Positions 18,466-28,487 of a stretch of DNA of 44,635 nucleotides are shown here, piece by piece. The DNA lies in NCBI GenBank assembly GCA_035483355.1, contig DATHPZ010000004.1:1-44635 (forward strand), in the 5' to 3' direction. The notes beneath the pieces are model-generated. The model had not been told where the DNA came from, made no database searches, and saw only the letters and a list, made by a program, of their open reading frames with translations. The position numbers and the translations under genes are program-made. This stretch comes from Chthoniobacterales bacterium (GTDB taxonomy: Bacteria; Verrucomicrobiota; Verrucomicrobiia; Chthoniobacterales; JAFAMB01). How positions within the stretch are numbered: position 1 is the stretch's first letter; every line of letters begins with the position of its first letter.

Positions 18466-19344
18466 AGCCGGATGATAATCCGCGGCGTGATAAGAACTCC
18501 GCACCAGCGGCCCGGATGCCACATATTCGAAACCCTTTTGTTCGGCAACCTGTTTATATAGGTCGAACAGTTCCGGACGAATATACTCCACCACCGGCAG
18601 ATGATCCGGAGTCGGTCTGAGATATTGGCCGAGGGTCAAAACCTGGACCTGCGCCTCGCGCAGATCTTCCATCGCCTGGAACAGCTCCGTTTCAGTCTCC
18701 CCGAGCCCCAACATGATTCCGCTCTTGGTGACGGCGCCCGGGTCCAATTCTTTGGCCCGTCGGAGCACTTCGAGGGATAATCGGTATTTTGCCCGCGACC
18801 GTACGACAGGCGTCAGGCGTTCGACAGTCTCCAGATTGTGATTAAATATGTCGGGTTTCGCTTCTAAGACGAGCCCGAGAGAACTCTCTTTTCCGTTGAA
18901 ATCCGGGGTCAGAACTTCAACGACAATATCCGGATCCAGGTCCCGGATGGCCCGGATCGTTTCCGCAAAATGATTCGCCCCTCCGTCGGAGAGGTCATCG
19001 CGCGCGACAGCAGTGATCACCACGTGCTTTAATTTCATCCGCCGGATCGCTTCGGCAACCCGCACGGGCTCGTCATCTTCCAAGGCAAATGGCTTAGCCG
19101 TCGTCACCGCACAAAAACCGCATGCTCGGGTACATCTCTCCCCGGCGATCATGAACGTGGCGGTTCCTTGACTCCAACACTCCCAACGATTTGGGCACTG
19201 GGCAGATTCGCAAACCGTATGTAGCCGAAGATCTGAAATCAGTGCCTTGGTGGAGAAAAAAATGGGACTCGACGGCAACCGTACTTTGATCCACGCGGGT
19301 TTTTTAGACTGGTGCAATGACGGATCAATTTTCGAGCAAGACAT
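18436..19344 (-). CDS. lipA: Lipoyl synthase
   Basis: CESAQCPNRWEC auxiliary cluster, CTRACGFC radical-SAM motif, and a C-terminal RSSYHA. Start trimmed to the ATG at 19344. Confidence 0.9.
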   Translation of the reverse strand: MSCSKIDPSLHQSKKPAWIKVRLPSSPIFFSTKALISDLRLHTVCESAQCPNRWECWSQGTATFMIAGERCTRACGFCAVTTAKPFALEDDEPVRVAEAIRRMKLKHVVITAVARDDLSDGGANHFAETIRAIRDLDPDIVVEVLTPDFNGKESSLGLVLEAKPDIFNHNLETVERLTPVVRSRAKYRLSLEVLRRAKELDPGAVTKSGIMLGLGETETELFQAMEDLREAQVQVLTLGQYLRPTPDHLPVVEYIRPELFDLYKQVAEQKGFEYVASGPLVRSSYHAADYHPARRRTQNGKR

Positions 19345-19427
19345 CAGTGAGCCCAAGCTACCGGGTCGGACGAGGAAAAGCAACCAGTCGACTGGAGATC
19401 CAGCCGTTGAGAACCTGAATTCTCGTC

Positions 19428-19817
19428 TTAACGTTTCGAGAACTGGAATCGCTTACGCGCACCGGGCTGGCCCGATTTCTTGCGCTCCTTCATCCTCGGG
19501 TCGCGAGTAAGGAGGCCTTCCTCCTTCAGCACGGGCCGCAACGCGGCGTCATGGGCAAGCAGCGCACGTGAAATCGCCAAACGTATAGCACCCGCTTGAC
19601 CGGTGATTCCACCACCCGTCGTCCTGACTTTGACGTCAAACGAGTTGCTCGTTTTGGTCACCTCGAACGGCTTAAGAACGGTGAATTGCAGGGAGGGCGT
19701 CGAAAAATATTCTTCCAACGGGCGACCGTTCACTTCTATTTTCCCCGATCCGCGAGAAACGCGAACTTGGGCGACTGCTGTTTTGCGGCGACCGGTAGCG
19801 GCGAATACCTCTGACAT
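19428..19817 (-). CDS. rpsI: 30S ribosomal protein S9
   Basis: 129 aa with GRRKTAVAQVRV...GGGITGQAGAIRLAISRAL...PGARKRFQFSKR. Confidence 0.95.
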   Translation of the reverse strand: MSEVFAATGRRKTAVAQVRVSRGSGKIEVNGRPLEEYFSTPSLQFTVLKPFEVTKTSNSFDVKVRTTGGGITGQAGAIRLAISRALLAHDAALRPVLKEEGLLTRDPRMKERKKSGQPGARKRFQFSKR

Positions 19818-19831
19818 ATTAAGAAATAGGA

Positions 19832-20257
19832 TTAGGGAACCGGGATGGGCTGCTGCGCTTCGTGCGGATGCTGCTCACCTTGGTAAACTTTTAGTTTGGT
19901 GTAGAGCGCCCGCCCGAGACGGTTGTGCGGGATCATCCCTTTGACCGCATGTTCGATCAACAACTCTGGCCGACGCTGTCGACGGCGTTCCACGGATTCC
20001 GATTTGTGTCCGCCAACGTATAAGGAAAAACTGGTAAATTTCTTTTGGACTTCCTTCTTGCCAGTCAGACGAACTTTTTCCGCGTTGATGACGACGACAA
20101 AGTCGCCCGTATCGATATGCGGCGTAAAGATTGTCTTACCTTTTCCCCGAAGAAGATTCGCCACCGTCACCGCGACACGACCTAGCGGACGGTCCTTCGC
20201 ATCAACGATATACCATTTACGCTCTATCCCACTCGACTTGGCTGAAAAGGTCCTCAT
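19832..20257 (-). CDS. rplM: 50S ribosomal protein L13
   Basis: ERKWYIVDAKDRPLGRVA...YTKLKVY. Lies immediately upstream of rpsI. Start trimmed to the ATG at 20257. Confidence 0.95.
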   Translation of the reverse strand: MRTFSAKSSGIERKWYIVDAKDRPLGRVAVTVANLLRGKGKTIFTPHIDTGDFVVVINAEKVRLTGKKEVQKKFTSFSLYVGGHKSESVERRRQRRPELLIEHAVKGMIPHNRLGRALYTKLKVYQGEQHPHEAQQPIPVP

Positions 20258-20384
20258 GAAAGTCTTTTTCGAAAAGAGCCGGAGCCTATGGCTAGGCTGG
20301 CTCGCTGTCAACGGGATTCTACAACCGAGCCGCAACATCGACAGGCCGCCTTGCAAAAGGTCGTCCTGACCCGATCATAGGTCC

Positions 20385-21140
20385 ATGCGAATTTTCTCCG
20401 TCACCGCGACGATCTGCTGGATTCTGATTGCTACTGTCGCACGAAGCCAGGATGTTTCGACGCTGCTTCGAAAGTCCGATGAACTCAATGCGCAAGAACG
20501 GACCGACGACGCGATCGAAGTCCTGAAACAGGCAGAAAAAATCAGCGCGAATAATCCCAACTTGCTCATCAAGTTGTCGCAGGGCTATTCAGACAAGATT
20601 GATGCCGCCAAAGATCGGACGCAAAAATTGGGCTTTGCGAAGTTGTGTCTGGAATACGCCAAAAAAGCGGTGCATGAAGCGCCGGACAATGCCGACGCCC
20701 ACGTCTGTCTCTCTATCGCTTATGGAAAGATGACGGACTTCACCGATAACAAAACAAAAATGGAATATTCCAAGGTTGTGAAATCGGAGGCAGAAAAAGC
20801 TGTCGCTCTAAATCCGAAAAATGATCTGGCTCTGCTCATTCTTGCTCGCTGGAACTTCGACATGGCCACTTTGAATCCGATTCTTAAAGCTATCGCCCAG
20901 ACGCTATACGGTCAGCTTCCGCCAGCATCCAAAGAACAAGCCGTAGAGTACTTTCAAAAGGCTATCGCCGCGGCCCCCGAGCGGATTATCCACCATGCCC
21001 AATTCGCACTGGCCTTGGAAGCGATGGGAAAAACGAAGGAAGCCCAAGCCGAATGGTTGAAGGTAAAACAGCTCAAACCGGCCGATGCCGAGGATCGCCG
21101 GTACGTCGCCGAAGCGGAACGGAAGCTGAAGTCCATGTAA
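20385..21140 (+). CDS. Secreted TPR-like helical repeat protein
   Basis: Signal peptide MRIFSVTATICWILIATVARSQD, then TPR-like helices (DDAIEVLKQAEKI..., EQAVEYFQKAIAAAP..., KEAQAEWLKVKQLKP). Confidence 0.65.
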   Translation: MRIFSVTATICWILIATVARSQDVSTLLRKSDELNAQERTDDAIEVLKQAEKISANNPNLLIKLSQGYSDKIDAAKDRTQKLGFAKLCLEYAKKAVHEAPDNADAHVCLSIAYGKMTDFTDNKTKMEYSKVVKSEAEKAVALNPKNDLALLILARWNFDMATLNPILKAIAQTLYGQLPPASKEQAVEYFQKAIAAAPERIIHHAQFALALEAMGKTKEAQAEWLKVKQLKPADAEDRRYVAEAERKLKSM

Positions 21141-21171
21141 GACCGCGACTCAAAAATGGCGGCTTGGCGTT

Positions 21172-21531
21172 TCAGGCCTTTGCCAAAGCCAGAATCAACC
21201 AGCCGGCTAACATACCGAGACCGCCAAGCGGCGTGATCGCGCCGAACCATTTGAAATTGGTCAAAGCCAACAGATAAAGGGATCCGCTGAAAACGATCAC
21301 CCCGCCCAGAATCAAGCGATAGGCAGCCCGCGGCACCGGCCGCCATCCGCTCAGCACAAGGAGCACCACGGAGTGCACGAGATGATAAAGCACCCCGGTC
21401 TGCCAGATTTGCGTCATCCCGGATTTTTCCAGCAAACCGCGAAGAATATGCGCGCCGAAGGCGCCAAGCAATACGCCGGAAAAGCCCAAAAAACCCGCCA
21501 CACGTTTCTCCAGAGAATGGGTCGTTGTCAT
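21172..21531 (-). CDS. DUF423 (YgdD-like) small inner-membrane protein
   Basis: 119 aa with four hydrophobic spans and the characteristic LGAFGAH...YHLVHSV pattern. 4 nt overlap with the yggS stop. Confidence 0.75.
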   Translation of the reverse strand: MTTTHSLEKRVAGFLGFSGVLLGAFGAHILRGLLEKSGMTQIWQTGVLYHLVHSVVLLVLSGWRPVPRAAYRLILGGVIVFSGSLYLLALTNFKWFGAITPLGGLGMLAGWLILALAKA

Positions 21532-22220
21532 TTCGCTCCCCGCTCACCGAAGATCGCCGTCCCGACCCGTACAAGAGTTGCGCCCTCCTCGACCGCAATG
21601 CGGTAATCCCCACTCATACCCATCGACAAATGAGGTAGAGGAAACCGGGACTCCTTCTCCAACCGGTCACGGAGCTCCCGCAATTGCACAAAGTATTTCC
21701 TGGAGTTTTCCGGATTGGAAGCCAGTGGCGGAATGGTCATAAGTCCTTCCACCTCCACTCGCTCGGCGCGAGATATCTGTTCGACCTGCGAGAACAGCCG
21801 CTCAGGGGTAAATCCGAATTTTGAGGACTCCCCCGCGACGTTTACCTGCAGCAACAGCCGGGGAAAGAGACCGAGATCCCTCGCCACCCGCTCGATATCA
21901 TCGATCAATTCAACTGAATCGACCCCATGAATCATTTCAAAAATGGGTAATGCCTGGCGAATTTTGTTGCTTTGCAAGTGTCCGATCAAATGCCAGCGCA
22001 GTCGCACCGGCAAGTCGGGTATTTTCGCCTTCGCCTCTTGAACCCGGTTCTCGCCAAACAACAACTGACCGGCTTCAACAGCCTGCCGGATCACTTCCGG
22101 AGGATGCGTCTTGCTAACTGCCAATAACTCAACGCTCCCAATCGGCCGCCCCGACGTCCGTTCAGCTTCGGCGATTTCCGATCGAACGAAATGCAGATTT
22201 TCAGCAATATTGGGCTCCAT
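21528..22220 (-). CDS. yggS: YggS-family pyridoxal-phosphate homeostasis protein
   Basis: 230 aa with LLAVSKTHP (PLP lysine), WHLIGHLQSNK, LSMGMSGDY and a VRVGTAIFG end. Confidence 0.9.
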   Translation of the reverse strand: MEPNIAENLHFVRSEIAEAERTSGRPIGSVELLAVSKTHPPEVIRQAVEAGQLLFGENRVQEAKAKIPDLPVRLRWHLIGHLQSNKIRQALPIFEMIHGVDSVELIDDIERVARDLGLFPRLLLQVNVAGESSKFGFTPERLFSQVEQISRAERVEVEGLMTIPPLASNPENSRKYFVQLRELRDRLEKESRFPLPHLSMGMSGDYRIAVEEGATLVRVGTAIFGERGAK

Positions 22221-22328
22221 GGATGCGATGAGCTGAAACTATTCTGAGCGGATCGTCGTAGCAAAGCTTTCGCCGCGGTGCCAGCTCACAGAACGGCGCC
22301 AAGACCGAATGGATGAGCTCATTGTCTG

Positions 22329-23978
22329 CTAACGTTCCCATAGACCCATGGCCCATGCACCTCCCAAAAGCATGGCCACGGCCTCATACGCGGTGACCGG
22401 TCCGACCGATTCGTCAATGACTCCGTTCGCCACGCGATGTCTTGAGAGCACAATCGGACTCAGATGTTTGCTGATATCGTCGGTGTCCGGAAGCGCCATT
22501 GCGTCGACGTATCGATTCAGGGTAGGCATCAGGGCAATACCAAACACCATCATCGGCCTCGACACCTCATAAAATTTCTCAAAGCCCGCCTTGGCGTCCA
22601 GATAGGCAAACAAATCATTCGGTTCATCCACCAGTTTAGCAATCGCCTTGAATTGATTGTCCGCTTCTAGTCCAGGAGCGTGACTTTGCAACCGATGCAC
22701 CAGCTCGGCAAAGTTCGATTGACTCGTTGAAATCAGCAGCCGACGCTCCGTGAGAGCGAAAACGATCGAGGCTTTCTCGTTCACCTGAATCAAATAAGCA
22801 GGGACAGCTGCCACGTCGATCTTTCTGCAGTTATCCGGAAATTTTTCGGTCACCACCTGTTCCATCAAGTGCCTTAATTTTTCTGGATCAGTGACTTGGA
22901 ACGAAATCGCGGCATTCAGGGCATCCGCTTTCGGTTCGCGATCGACGATGATTTCTGCCCCGGAAATCAGATGGTCGAGGTCTCGAGGCTCAATACCGAA
23001 CGATTTCACCTGGCCCAAGTAGTTTCGAATGGTCTCGGCCAATTGAGACTCCTCCGATAGTTGGACACACCACCGCCAAATCTCAGAAAAACCCAATTGC
23101 GTCGCCAGATAACCGACAGTTGCCGGGCTCGTCATCGCCATTCCTTTTCGATCGAGAGGGCTGGCCTTTGCGGGCGCACCCGTCAAGGTAAACACCGTGT
23201 CGCGGAGCCGTGCGCCGACGATGGTGGTGACCGCCAGCACCGCACGATCGCTCCTTTGAGTTTCCTGACCGCGAAAACGCCAATGCAATCCGTCGGAGGG
23301 ATCAAGAGACGGTCCGCCTTGAACAAAAGTGAGAAGGTCGTACCCGATCGGAACGTTTGCCCGACATTCCTGAAACAATTTTAGAGACTGCAACCCACCG
23401 GAACTCGTTCTCGAATTCCGAACCGCTTCAAGTAACAATTCGGTGCTGCAACTCAGCAAGGTCCAGGAACCAACACGGACGCAATAGATCTGCGCCACAA
23501 TCTTGCCGGCGCCTTCCCCGTCAATCCCCGTGTGTTCGAGACTGTCCGGGGCGACTTCTTTGATGTCCCGTCCAAAAAGAGCTTTGGAAAAATTGGCGAT
23601 TTCACGCCGCCAGGTCGATTGATCGACAGCCGTTTGCAATCCGCAAATCCATCGGTCCCGATCGGGTGGCGTCGTTCCCAGGAAAAGCGCGCTGCACCGC
23701 AAAGCCGCGAACGAACCCCACGCGCTTTGATAGGTCGCCGGGGTCTTGGAAATCGGTTGTCTCAGGAAATGTTGAACGGAAGGTTCACTTAAGATTCGGC
23801 AAAGAGCCGCGTCGGGCCAACGCTTTGCAGTCTGAACTAGATTCGGCAGCTCGAAGTAGACCAGGCAGTCGGCTGGCGCCACCTGGCTCGCCGATAAAGA
23901 ATTTCCGTTCTGCCGCCAGAGAAATATTCCAATCGCTCCAAGCAGCAAAAGCAGCCCTCCGGCGATGAGTCGTTTCAT
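22329..23978 (-). CDS. Hypothetical membrane-anchored periplasmic protein, possibly DUF3352-like, last gene of the opg operon
   Basis: N-terminal anchor MKRLIAGGLLLLLGAIGIFLW followed by ~520 aa with no recognised catalytic motif. The start is ATG 23978 or a GTG at 23999 that overlaps the opgH stop (GTGA). Confidence 0.65.
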   Translation of the reverse strand: MKRLIAGGLLLLLGAIGIFLWRQNGNSLSASQVAPADCLVYFELPNLVQTAKRWPDAALCRILSEPSVQHFLRQPISKTPATYQSAWGSFAALRCSALFLGTTPPDRDRWICGLQTAVDQSTWRREIANFSKALFGRDIKEVAPDSLEHTGIDGEGAGKIVAQIYCVRVGSWTLLSCSTELLLEAVRNSRTSSGGLQSLKLFQECRANVPIGYDLLTFVQGGPSLDPSDGLHWRFRGQETQRSDRAVLAVTTIVGARLRDTVFTLTGAPAKASPLDRKGMAMTSPATVGYLATQLGFSEIWRWCVQLSEESQLAETIRNYLGQVKSFGIEPRDLDHLISGAEIIVDREPKADALNAAISFQVTDPEKLRHLMEQVVTEKFPDNCRKIDVAAVPAYLIQVNEKASIVFALTERRLLISTSQSNFAELVHRLQSHAPGLEADNQFKAIAKLVDEPNDLFAYLDAKAGFEKFYEVSRPMMVFGIALMPTLNRYVDAMALPDTDDISKHLSPIVLSRHRVANGVIDESVGPVTAYEAVAMLLGGAWAMGLWER

Positions 23979-23995
23979 TGCAACCCGGCTGCAAA

Positions 23996-26125
23996 TCACG
24001 CGGCGGCCGAGTGCGTCTTCGTCAAGCTCGCTTGCGGCGCTTCCGGCTTGGATCGATTCCGGCGAAATGACGACCGATACTGTGCCAGTGCCAACGCCCA
24101 GGCCGGGTTCATCATTTCCGACGGTGTCTTCCAGATCAGGTTATGCATAAAAGCCAACGTCTCGCCATCCGCGAGCAGTGCCCGCTTTTGCTGGGACGTC
24201 AGACATTCCGGCCCCTCTTTGAATAGTCTGGTCGCCAGGGATGCGACATATCCGTCCACGGCGGGAGAACCGGCTTCACGCGAGCGCTGAAGCGCCACGT
24301 GCACGGCATTATAAAAGGGATCGAGTACAGCGTGGACGAACTGATCGCCGTCTCGGAGCTGCAACTGAAACCGCGCTGAGAGTTCCTGTGGCGGTTGGAG
24401 TTCTTCGGGTGTCAGAAATAGGTTACGAAACAGATCAGTACGAGCACTGAGCTTGGCGACCGGAATTGCGAGCAATAGCCCAATCAGCATCGGAGAGAGC
24501 CAAGCCAAGTAACTGGGGGCGATCCACCACGCCAACGCGCCGAGTCCAACTCCGGCGATCGGCAACGGCCAATACTCGCGGACAATTTCGATCCACCGAG
24601 GTCCGGCGCCGCCATCGCGCGTCTGAGTATGCCACAAGACTGTTTGTCCGCCGATATTCCGGAGAACAAATCTCGTGTGGAACCAGACCAAAACGGGAGC
24701 CGTCAGAATCGAAAATAATGTCTCCAAAACCGCACTCAGCAGTACGCGAACCGGACCCCCAAATGAAGCGATCTCCTTTGGACGCGCAAAAAGATGCAGT
24801 AAACTCAACACCTTCGGGCCAAACAACAAGATCACCGTCATCAACAAAAGCACGCCGGCCGAAGCCGCCGAAAACGTCCCAACCTTCTCTTGCAAACGGT
24901 CGATGCCGGCTTGTAGCCCACCGAAAAGCACAAACAACACGAGAAGAGGAGCCGAAGCATAGGCGAGAATCCCCTGGACCAGGTGGATCCGACTAATCGG
25001 TTGAATGTTCTGGGCCAACAGGAACCACATATGTTGCAAGTTCCCCTGGCACCACCGGCGATCCCGCTTGACGTATTCGGTCAAATTCGGAGGCAACCCT
25101 TCGTAACTTCCGTCCAGATCATAGGCGAACCAGACTTCCCATCCTGCGTTTCGCATCAGAGCCGCTTCAACGAAATCATGGCTCAGGATCCTCCCGCCCA
25201 ACGGTTCCCTACCCGGTAAACCGGGAAGGGCGCAGCTCGCGAGGAAAGGTGACACCCGGATAATCGCATTGTGTCCCCAATAGTTGCCTGCGCCCTGCTG
25301 CCAGAAATTCAATCCGGCCGCAAAAATCGGGCTATAAACACGCGACGCAAACTGTTGAATCCGGCCAAACAGCGTTTCTGTCTTCGCCAGTCGCGGCATT
25401 GTTTGAATAATCCCAGCACGCGGATTGGTCTCCATTAAACGGACCAAAGAAGAAACTGCGGCCCCGGTCATCAGGCTGTCCGCATCGAGCACGACCATGT
25501 AACGATGTCGATGTCCCCAACGCCGGCAGAAATCCGCGATATTTCCGCTCTTTCGATTCACCGGAAGTTTCCGGCGGCGATAATGAATTTTGCCAAATCC
25601 ATTCGTCTGACGACAGATATCCGACCAAGCCAACTCCTCTTCGATGGCTTTCGCAGGATCGGTCGAATCGCTTAGAATGTAAAAATCGTATGAATCGAGT
25701 TCGTGCCTTTGCTGAATCGACTCGTACAAGGCGCGGACATTCCCAAATACGGTTTCGGCGTCTTCATTGTAGACCGGCATCACGACGGCCGTGGAGGCCA
25801 GCGGGGTGGTTTCATCCAGGGTGTTCGTAATTTTGAGCGGTTCGTGCCCCTCTGCCAGAACCAGAAATCCGAGAAAGGCCTGGGTAAAGCCAAACGCCAG
25901 GTTGGTGAACAAAACTCCGAATAAGCCTATCTCTAAGACCTCGAGGGGCGTCCATCCCCTCGCACCGACGATGTCAATCATCAGCCACAAACCCAGGAAC
26001 GAAATGCCGAAAGTCACGAGAGCGACTCCCAAACGACGCTGCCTAACCTTTTTGTGAAATGCTTCCTTAACGCCCGCAGCACCGATCAACCCAACGAGCT
26101 TCCCCGACCTGTGATTTTCACTCAT
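23996..26125 (-). CDS. opgH: Osmoregulated periplasmic glucan glucosyltransferase H (GT2)
   Basis: 709 aa, multi-pass. MPVYNED, ...LSDSTDP, RRRKLPVNRKSGNIADF, VVLDADSLM and RWCQGNLQH match the MdoH/OpgH signature. Confidence 0.9.
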   Translation of the reverse strand: MSENHRSGKLVGLIGAAGVKEAFHKKVRQRRLGVALVTFGISFLGLWLMIDIVGARGWTPLEVLEIGLFGVLFTNLAFGFTQAFLGFLVLAEGHEPLKITNTLDETTPLASTAVVMPVYNEDAETVFGNVRALYESIQQRHELDSYDFYILSDSTDPAKAIEEELAWSDICRQTNGFGKIHYRRRKLPVNRKSGNIADFCRRWGHRHRYMVVLDADSLMTGAAVSSLVRLMETNPRAGIIQTMPRLAKTETLFGRIQQFASRVYSPIFAAGLNFWQQGAGNYWGHNAIIRVSPFLASCALPGLPGREPLGGRILSHDFVEAALMRNAGWEVWFAYDLDGSYEGLPPNLTEYVKRDRRWCQGNLQHMWFLLAQNIQPISRIHLVQGILAYASAPLLVLFVLFGGLQAGIDRLQEKVGTFSAASAGVLLLMTVILLFGPKVLSLLHLFARPKEIASFGGPVRVLLSAVLETLFSILTAPVLVWFHTRFVLRNIGGQTVLWHTQTRDGGAGPRWIEIVREYWPLPIAGVGLGALAWWIAPSYLAWLSPMLIGLLLAIPVAKLSARTDLFRNLFLTPEELQPPQELSARFQLQLRDGDQFVHAVLDPFYNAVHVALQRSREAGSPAVDGYVASLATRLFKEGPECLTSQQKRALLADGETLAFMHNLIWKTPSEMMNPAWALALAQYRSSFRRNRSKPEAPQASLTKTHSAAA

Positions 26126-26218
26126 AATCCTGATCAGAACTCCGACTTACCCACTGAAATCTTGCTTAGCCATACCATCCCTATTCGCGCGTGGCATGTG
26201 TAAACGGTTTTCGAAACC

Positions 26219-26803
26219 TCACGATCTGTAAAGACTGCCGAACACAAGGAGCCCGAGGATCACCAGCCCGATCATCCAGCCGACAATGCGATTCGCACCC
26301 AAAGGAGAGAGCTTTTCCGCGAGCGAGATGATCCTTTTCCCAGGCGACGAAAATTCCAGCGGTCGTGCGGTGATGCTCGCTACTTGCAGGTTCGGCGCCG
26401 CCTGAAGGCGGACCTCGCGCAAGGCCTGGCGGACTTCTTCCGACATCTCATCGGTGCGCCCGAGGAAGTTTCCGTCGGCATTCTCGGTCAGGTAAAGCCG
26501 GACCCGCTGCTCGACAGAACGGCGATCCTCTGAAACCCCTTCATCGATCAAGTGCCGAAGCGCGAAATCGAGAGTTTTTTGGGCCTCTTCGAACGCGAGC
26601 TCGGTCGCCGGTGTAAACGGTTGCCGGCGCTTGCGGACGATCGCACGTTCAAAACTCGAAAGCAGAATGAGTTCACGGTCGATGGTGTCCGGCGTCCTGA
26701 GCGCGTCGAGATAGTCATTGATGCGTTCCCAGGCCTCTTTCCATTCCGGGGAGGAACCGATGCCGATCCGCAAAAGCGCTATATATTCAGGAGATATTGC
26801 CAT
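26219..26803 (-). CDS. Hypothetical C-terminally membrane-anchored protein between opgG and opgH
   Basis: 194 aa from the ATG at 26803, overlapping the opgG 3' end by 25 nt. Helical N-terminal part and a single C-terminal TM span (IVGWMIGLVILGLLVFGSL). No family recognised. Confidence 0.55.
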   Translation of the reverse strand: MAISPEYIALLRIGIGSSPEWKEAWERINDYLDALRTPDTIDRELILLSSFERAIVRKRRQPFTPATELAFEEAQKTLDFALRHLIDEGVSEDRRSVEQRVRLYLTENADGNFLGRTDEMSEEVRQALREVRLQAAPNLQVASITARPLEFSSPGKRIISLAEKLSPLGANRIVGWMIGLVILGLLVFGSLYRS

Positions 26804-28317
26804 TTCTCTGAGAAGTACGTGTCCCGGCGTAATATAACACAACTTATATCCAGCGGGCGGGAATAATCAGGATCGAAGATCGTGAAGCTGACCAACCAAC
26901 CCCGGTCAGTCGGGGTAAATTGGACGTCTTTCACCTGGGCGCCTTGACCAGCCAGAACGTAAGGACGCAGCTCCGCCACAGGAATCGTTTCGCTGCCCTC
27001 TGGCTTCCCGAATTCAATTGCGAAACGCGTTTCGTTGGAACCGGGGCTTGGCCGTACGGTCGTCGACAACACTCGAAACTGGTTGGTGTCCGGCTCGTCT
27101 CCGCGCCATTTCAACTGGTAGGCAAATTCCAAACTCGCCCCCGGTTCCGGTAGCTTCTGCGGTTGCCAGCCGGCCACGATGTTGTCCGAATATTCGTCGC
27201 TGCTTGGAAGTTCAAGAAGCCGGACAAACCCTGGCCCGAAATCGCTTTTCGGGATCACCGTAAGGCTCGGTCGCATGTGGTATTCCGCTTCGCGATCGAG
27301 GTAATCATTCAGATTGCGGTCCCTCTGCACCAGCGAATAGGAAAGCACATTGGAAAAGAGGCGCACACTGACTGCCCGAGGGTTATTCAACGGCGCCCAC
27401 AACCTTTCGCCGGAGGCAGTATCCAGCAACAGTCCGTCAGAATCATGGACCTGGGGGCGGAACTCGCGCCGATGGAAGTCCGTCTTGTTCATTGAAAACT
27501 CGATTTTGCCCGTTGGTTGATAGTCTGGCTTCAGCGTCGGTTTATTCACCGTGTTGCCGCCGAAGTAGAACATGCTCGTCAAAGGCGCAAGGACCAGGAC
27601 TTCCACTTTCTTCCGCATGAAGATGGTCGCCTTGATATCCATGGTCGTGATCGCCCCGTAACGCACAATGAACTGGTAGCCGCCCGTGACACTTTCACTA
27701 TCAAGGAGGACATAGAACTCCAGAAAATCATCCGATGGATTTGGCTTCCGCATCCAGAATTCGCGAAAATCAGGGAATTCTTCGGGTCCGTTGATCCCGG
27801 TGTTAACGGCTAAGCCTCGCGAAGACAGCCCCCAATGCAGACCCTTGGCGATTGCTCGAAAATAGCTGGCCCCGAGGCAGGACATGAATTCATCCTGCAC
27901 ACCCGGCTGACTGGATGGGACAAATGCCTTAAAGCCAACGAAGGTCTCATGCCCGCTGAAACTGAGCGGTTTATCGTAATAAAAATATTCGGGAGAAAAC
28001 GGGATATCCCGAAGACGATCTTTCTCGATCTCCTCAAACAGCACGCGCCGCTTGAAGTAATAGCCCGGATGGAAAAAGCCGAGACGATAAGGAGCATCAC
28101 GCCAGACAGAGCGCTCCGGCAGGAAACGAATCCTGCGGTAGAGATCGTAGTCCAGGTTCTGCAAATCAGGCGAAAGCTCCTGATTCTGAATTACGAAAGG
28201 CTGTTTGGAAAGAACTTCAGCCTTCTGAACAACGTCCCGATAGCCGAACACATTCTCCTCTTGAGCAACCGTCGCGCGCGCCAGGATCAGAGCGAGGAGA
28301 ATCGTGAAAATTTTCAT
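26779..28317 (-). CDS. opgG: Periplasmic glucan biosynthesis protein G
   Basis: Signal peptide MKIFTILLALILARATVAQ. 512 aa with MdoG-like segments (FFHPGYYF, SYFRA..., GLAVNTG, EEFPDFREFW, HDSDGLL). Confidence 0.88.
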   Translation of the reverse strand: MKIFTILLALILARATVAQEENVFGYRDVVQKAEVLSKQPFVIQNQELSPDLQNLDYDLYRRIRFLPERSVWRDAPYRLGFFHPGYYFKRRVLFEEIEKDRLRDIPFSPEYFYYDKPLSFSGHETFVGFKAFVPSSQPGVQDEFMSCLGASYFRAIAKGLHWGLSSRGLAVNTGINGPEEFPDFREFWMRKPNPSDDFLEFYVLLDSESVTGGYQFIVRYGAITTMDIKATIFMRKKVEVLVLAPLTSMFYFGGNTVNKPTLKPDYQPTGKIEFSMNKTDFHRREFRPQVHDSDGLLLDTASGERLWAPLNNPRAVSVRLFSNVLSYSLVQRDRNLNDYLDREAEYHMRPSLTVIPKSDFGPGFVRLLELPSSDEYSDNIVAGWQPQKLPEPGASLEFAYQLKWRGDEPDTNQFRVLSTTVRPSPGSNETRFAIEFGKPEGSETIPVAELRPYVLAGQGAQVKDVQFTPTDRGWLVSFTIFDPDYSRPLDISCVILRRDTYFSEKWQYLLNI

Positions 28318-28397
28318 ACGCGCACCGACGATCGCAATACGATCTCCTTCAAGTCAACCCGCAAAATGCTTTTGCTGCACCGGAAACTTGTAGTTTT

Positions 28398-28444
28398 TCG
28401 CCGTTCGCCGGTGCACCGTTCACCGTTCGCGGTTCACCGGCGCC
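28398..28444. repeat. Degenerate CGTTCGC/CGTTCAC short tandem repeat upstream of opgG
   Basis: TCGCCGTTCGCCGGTGCACCGTTCACCGTTCGCGGTTCACCGGCGCC lies between the opgG start and the 3' end of the FAD oxidoreductase gene. Confidence 0.5.
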
Positions 28445-28487
28445 CCGGGCGCATCAAGCGGCGGCAAGGCGATACGGGATCTGCCGC

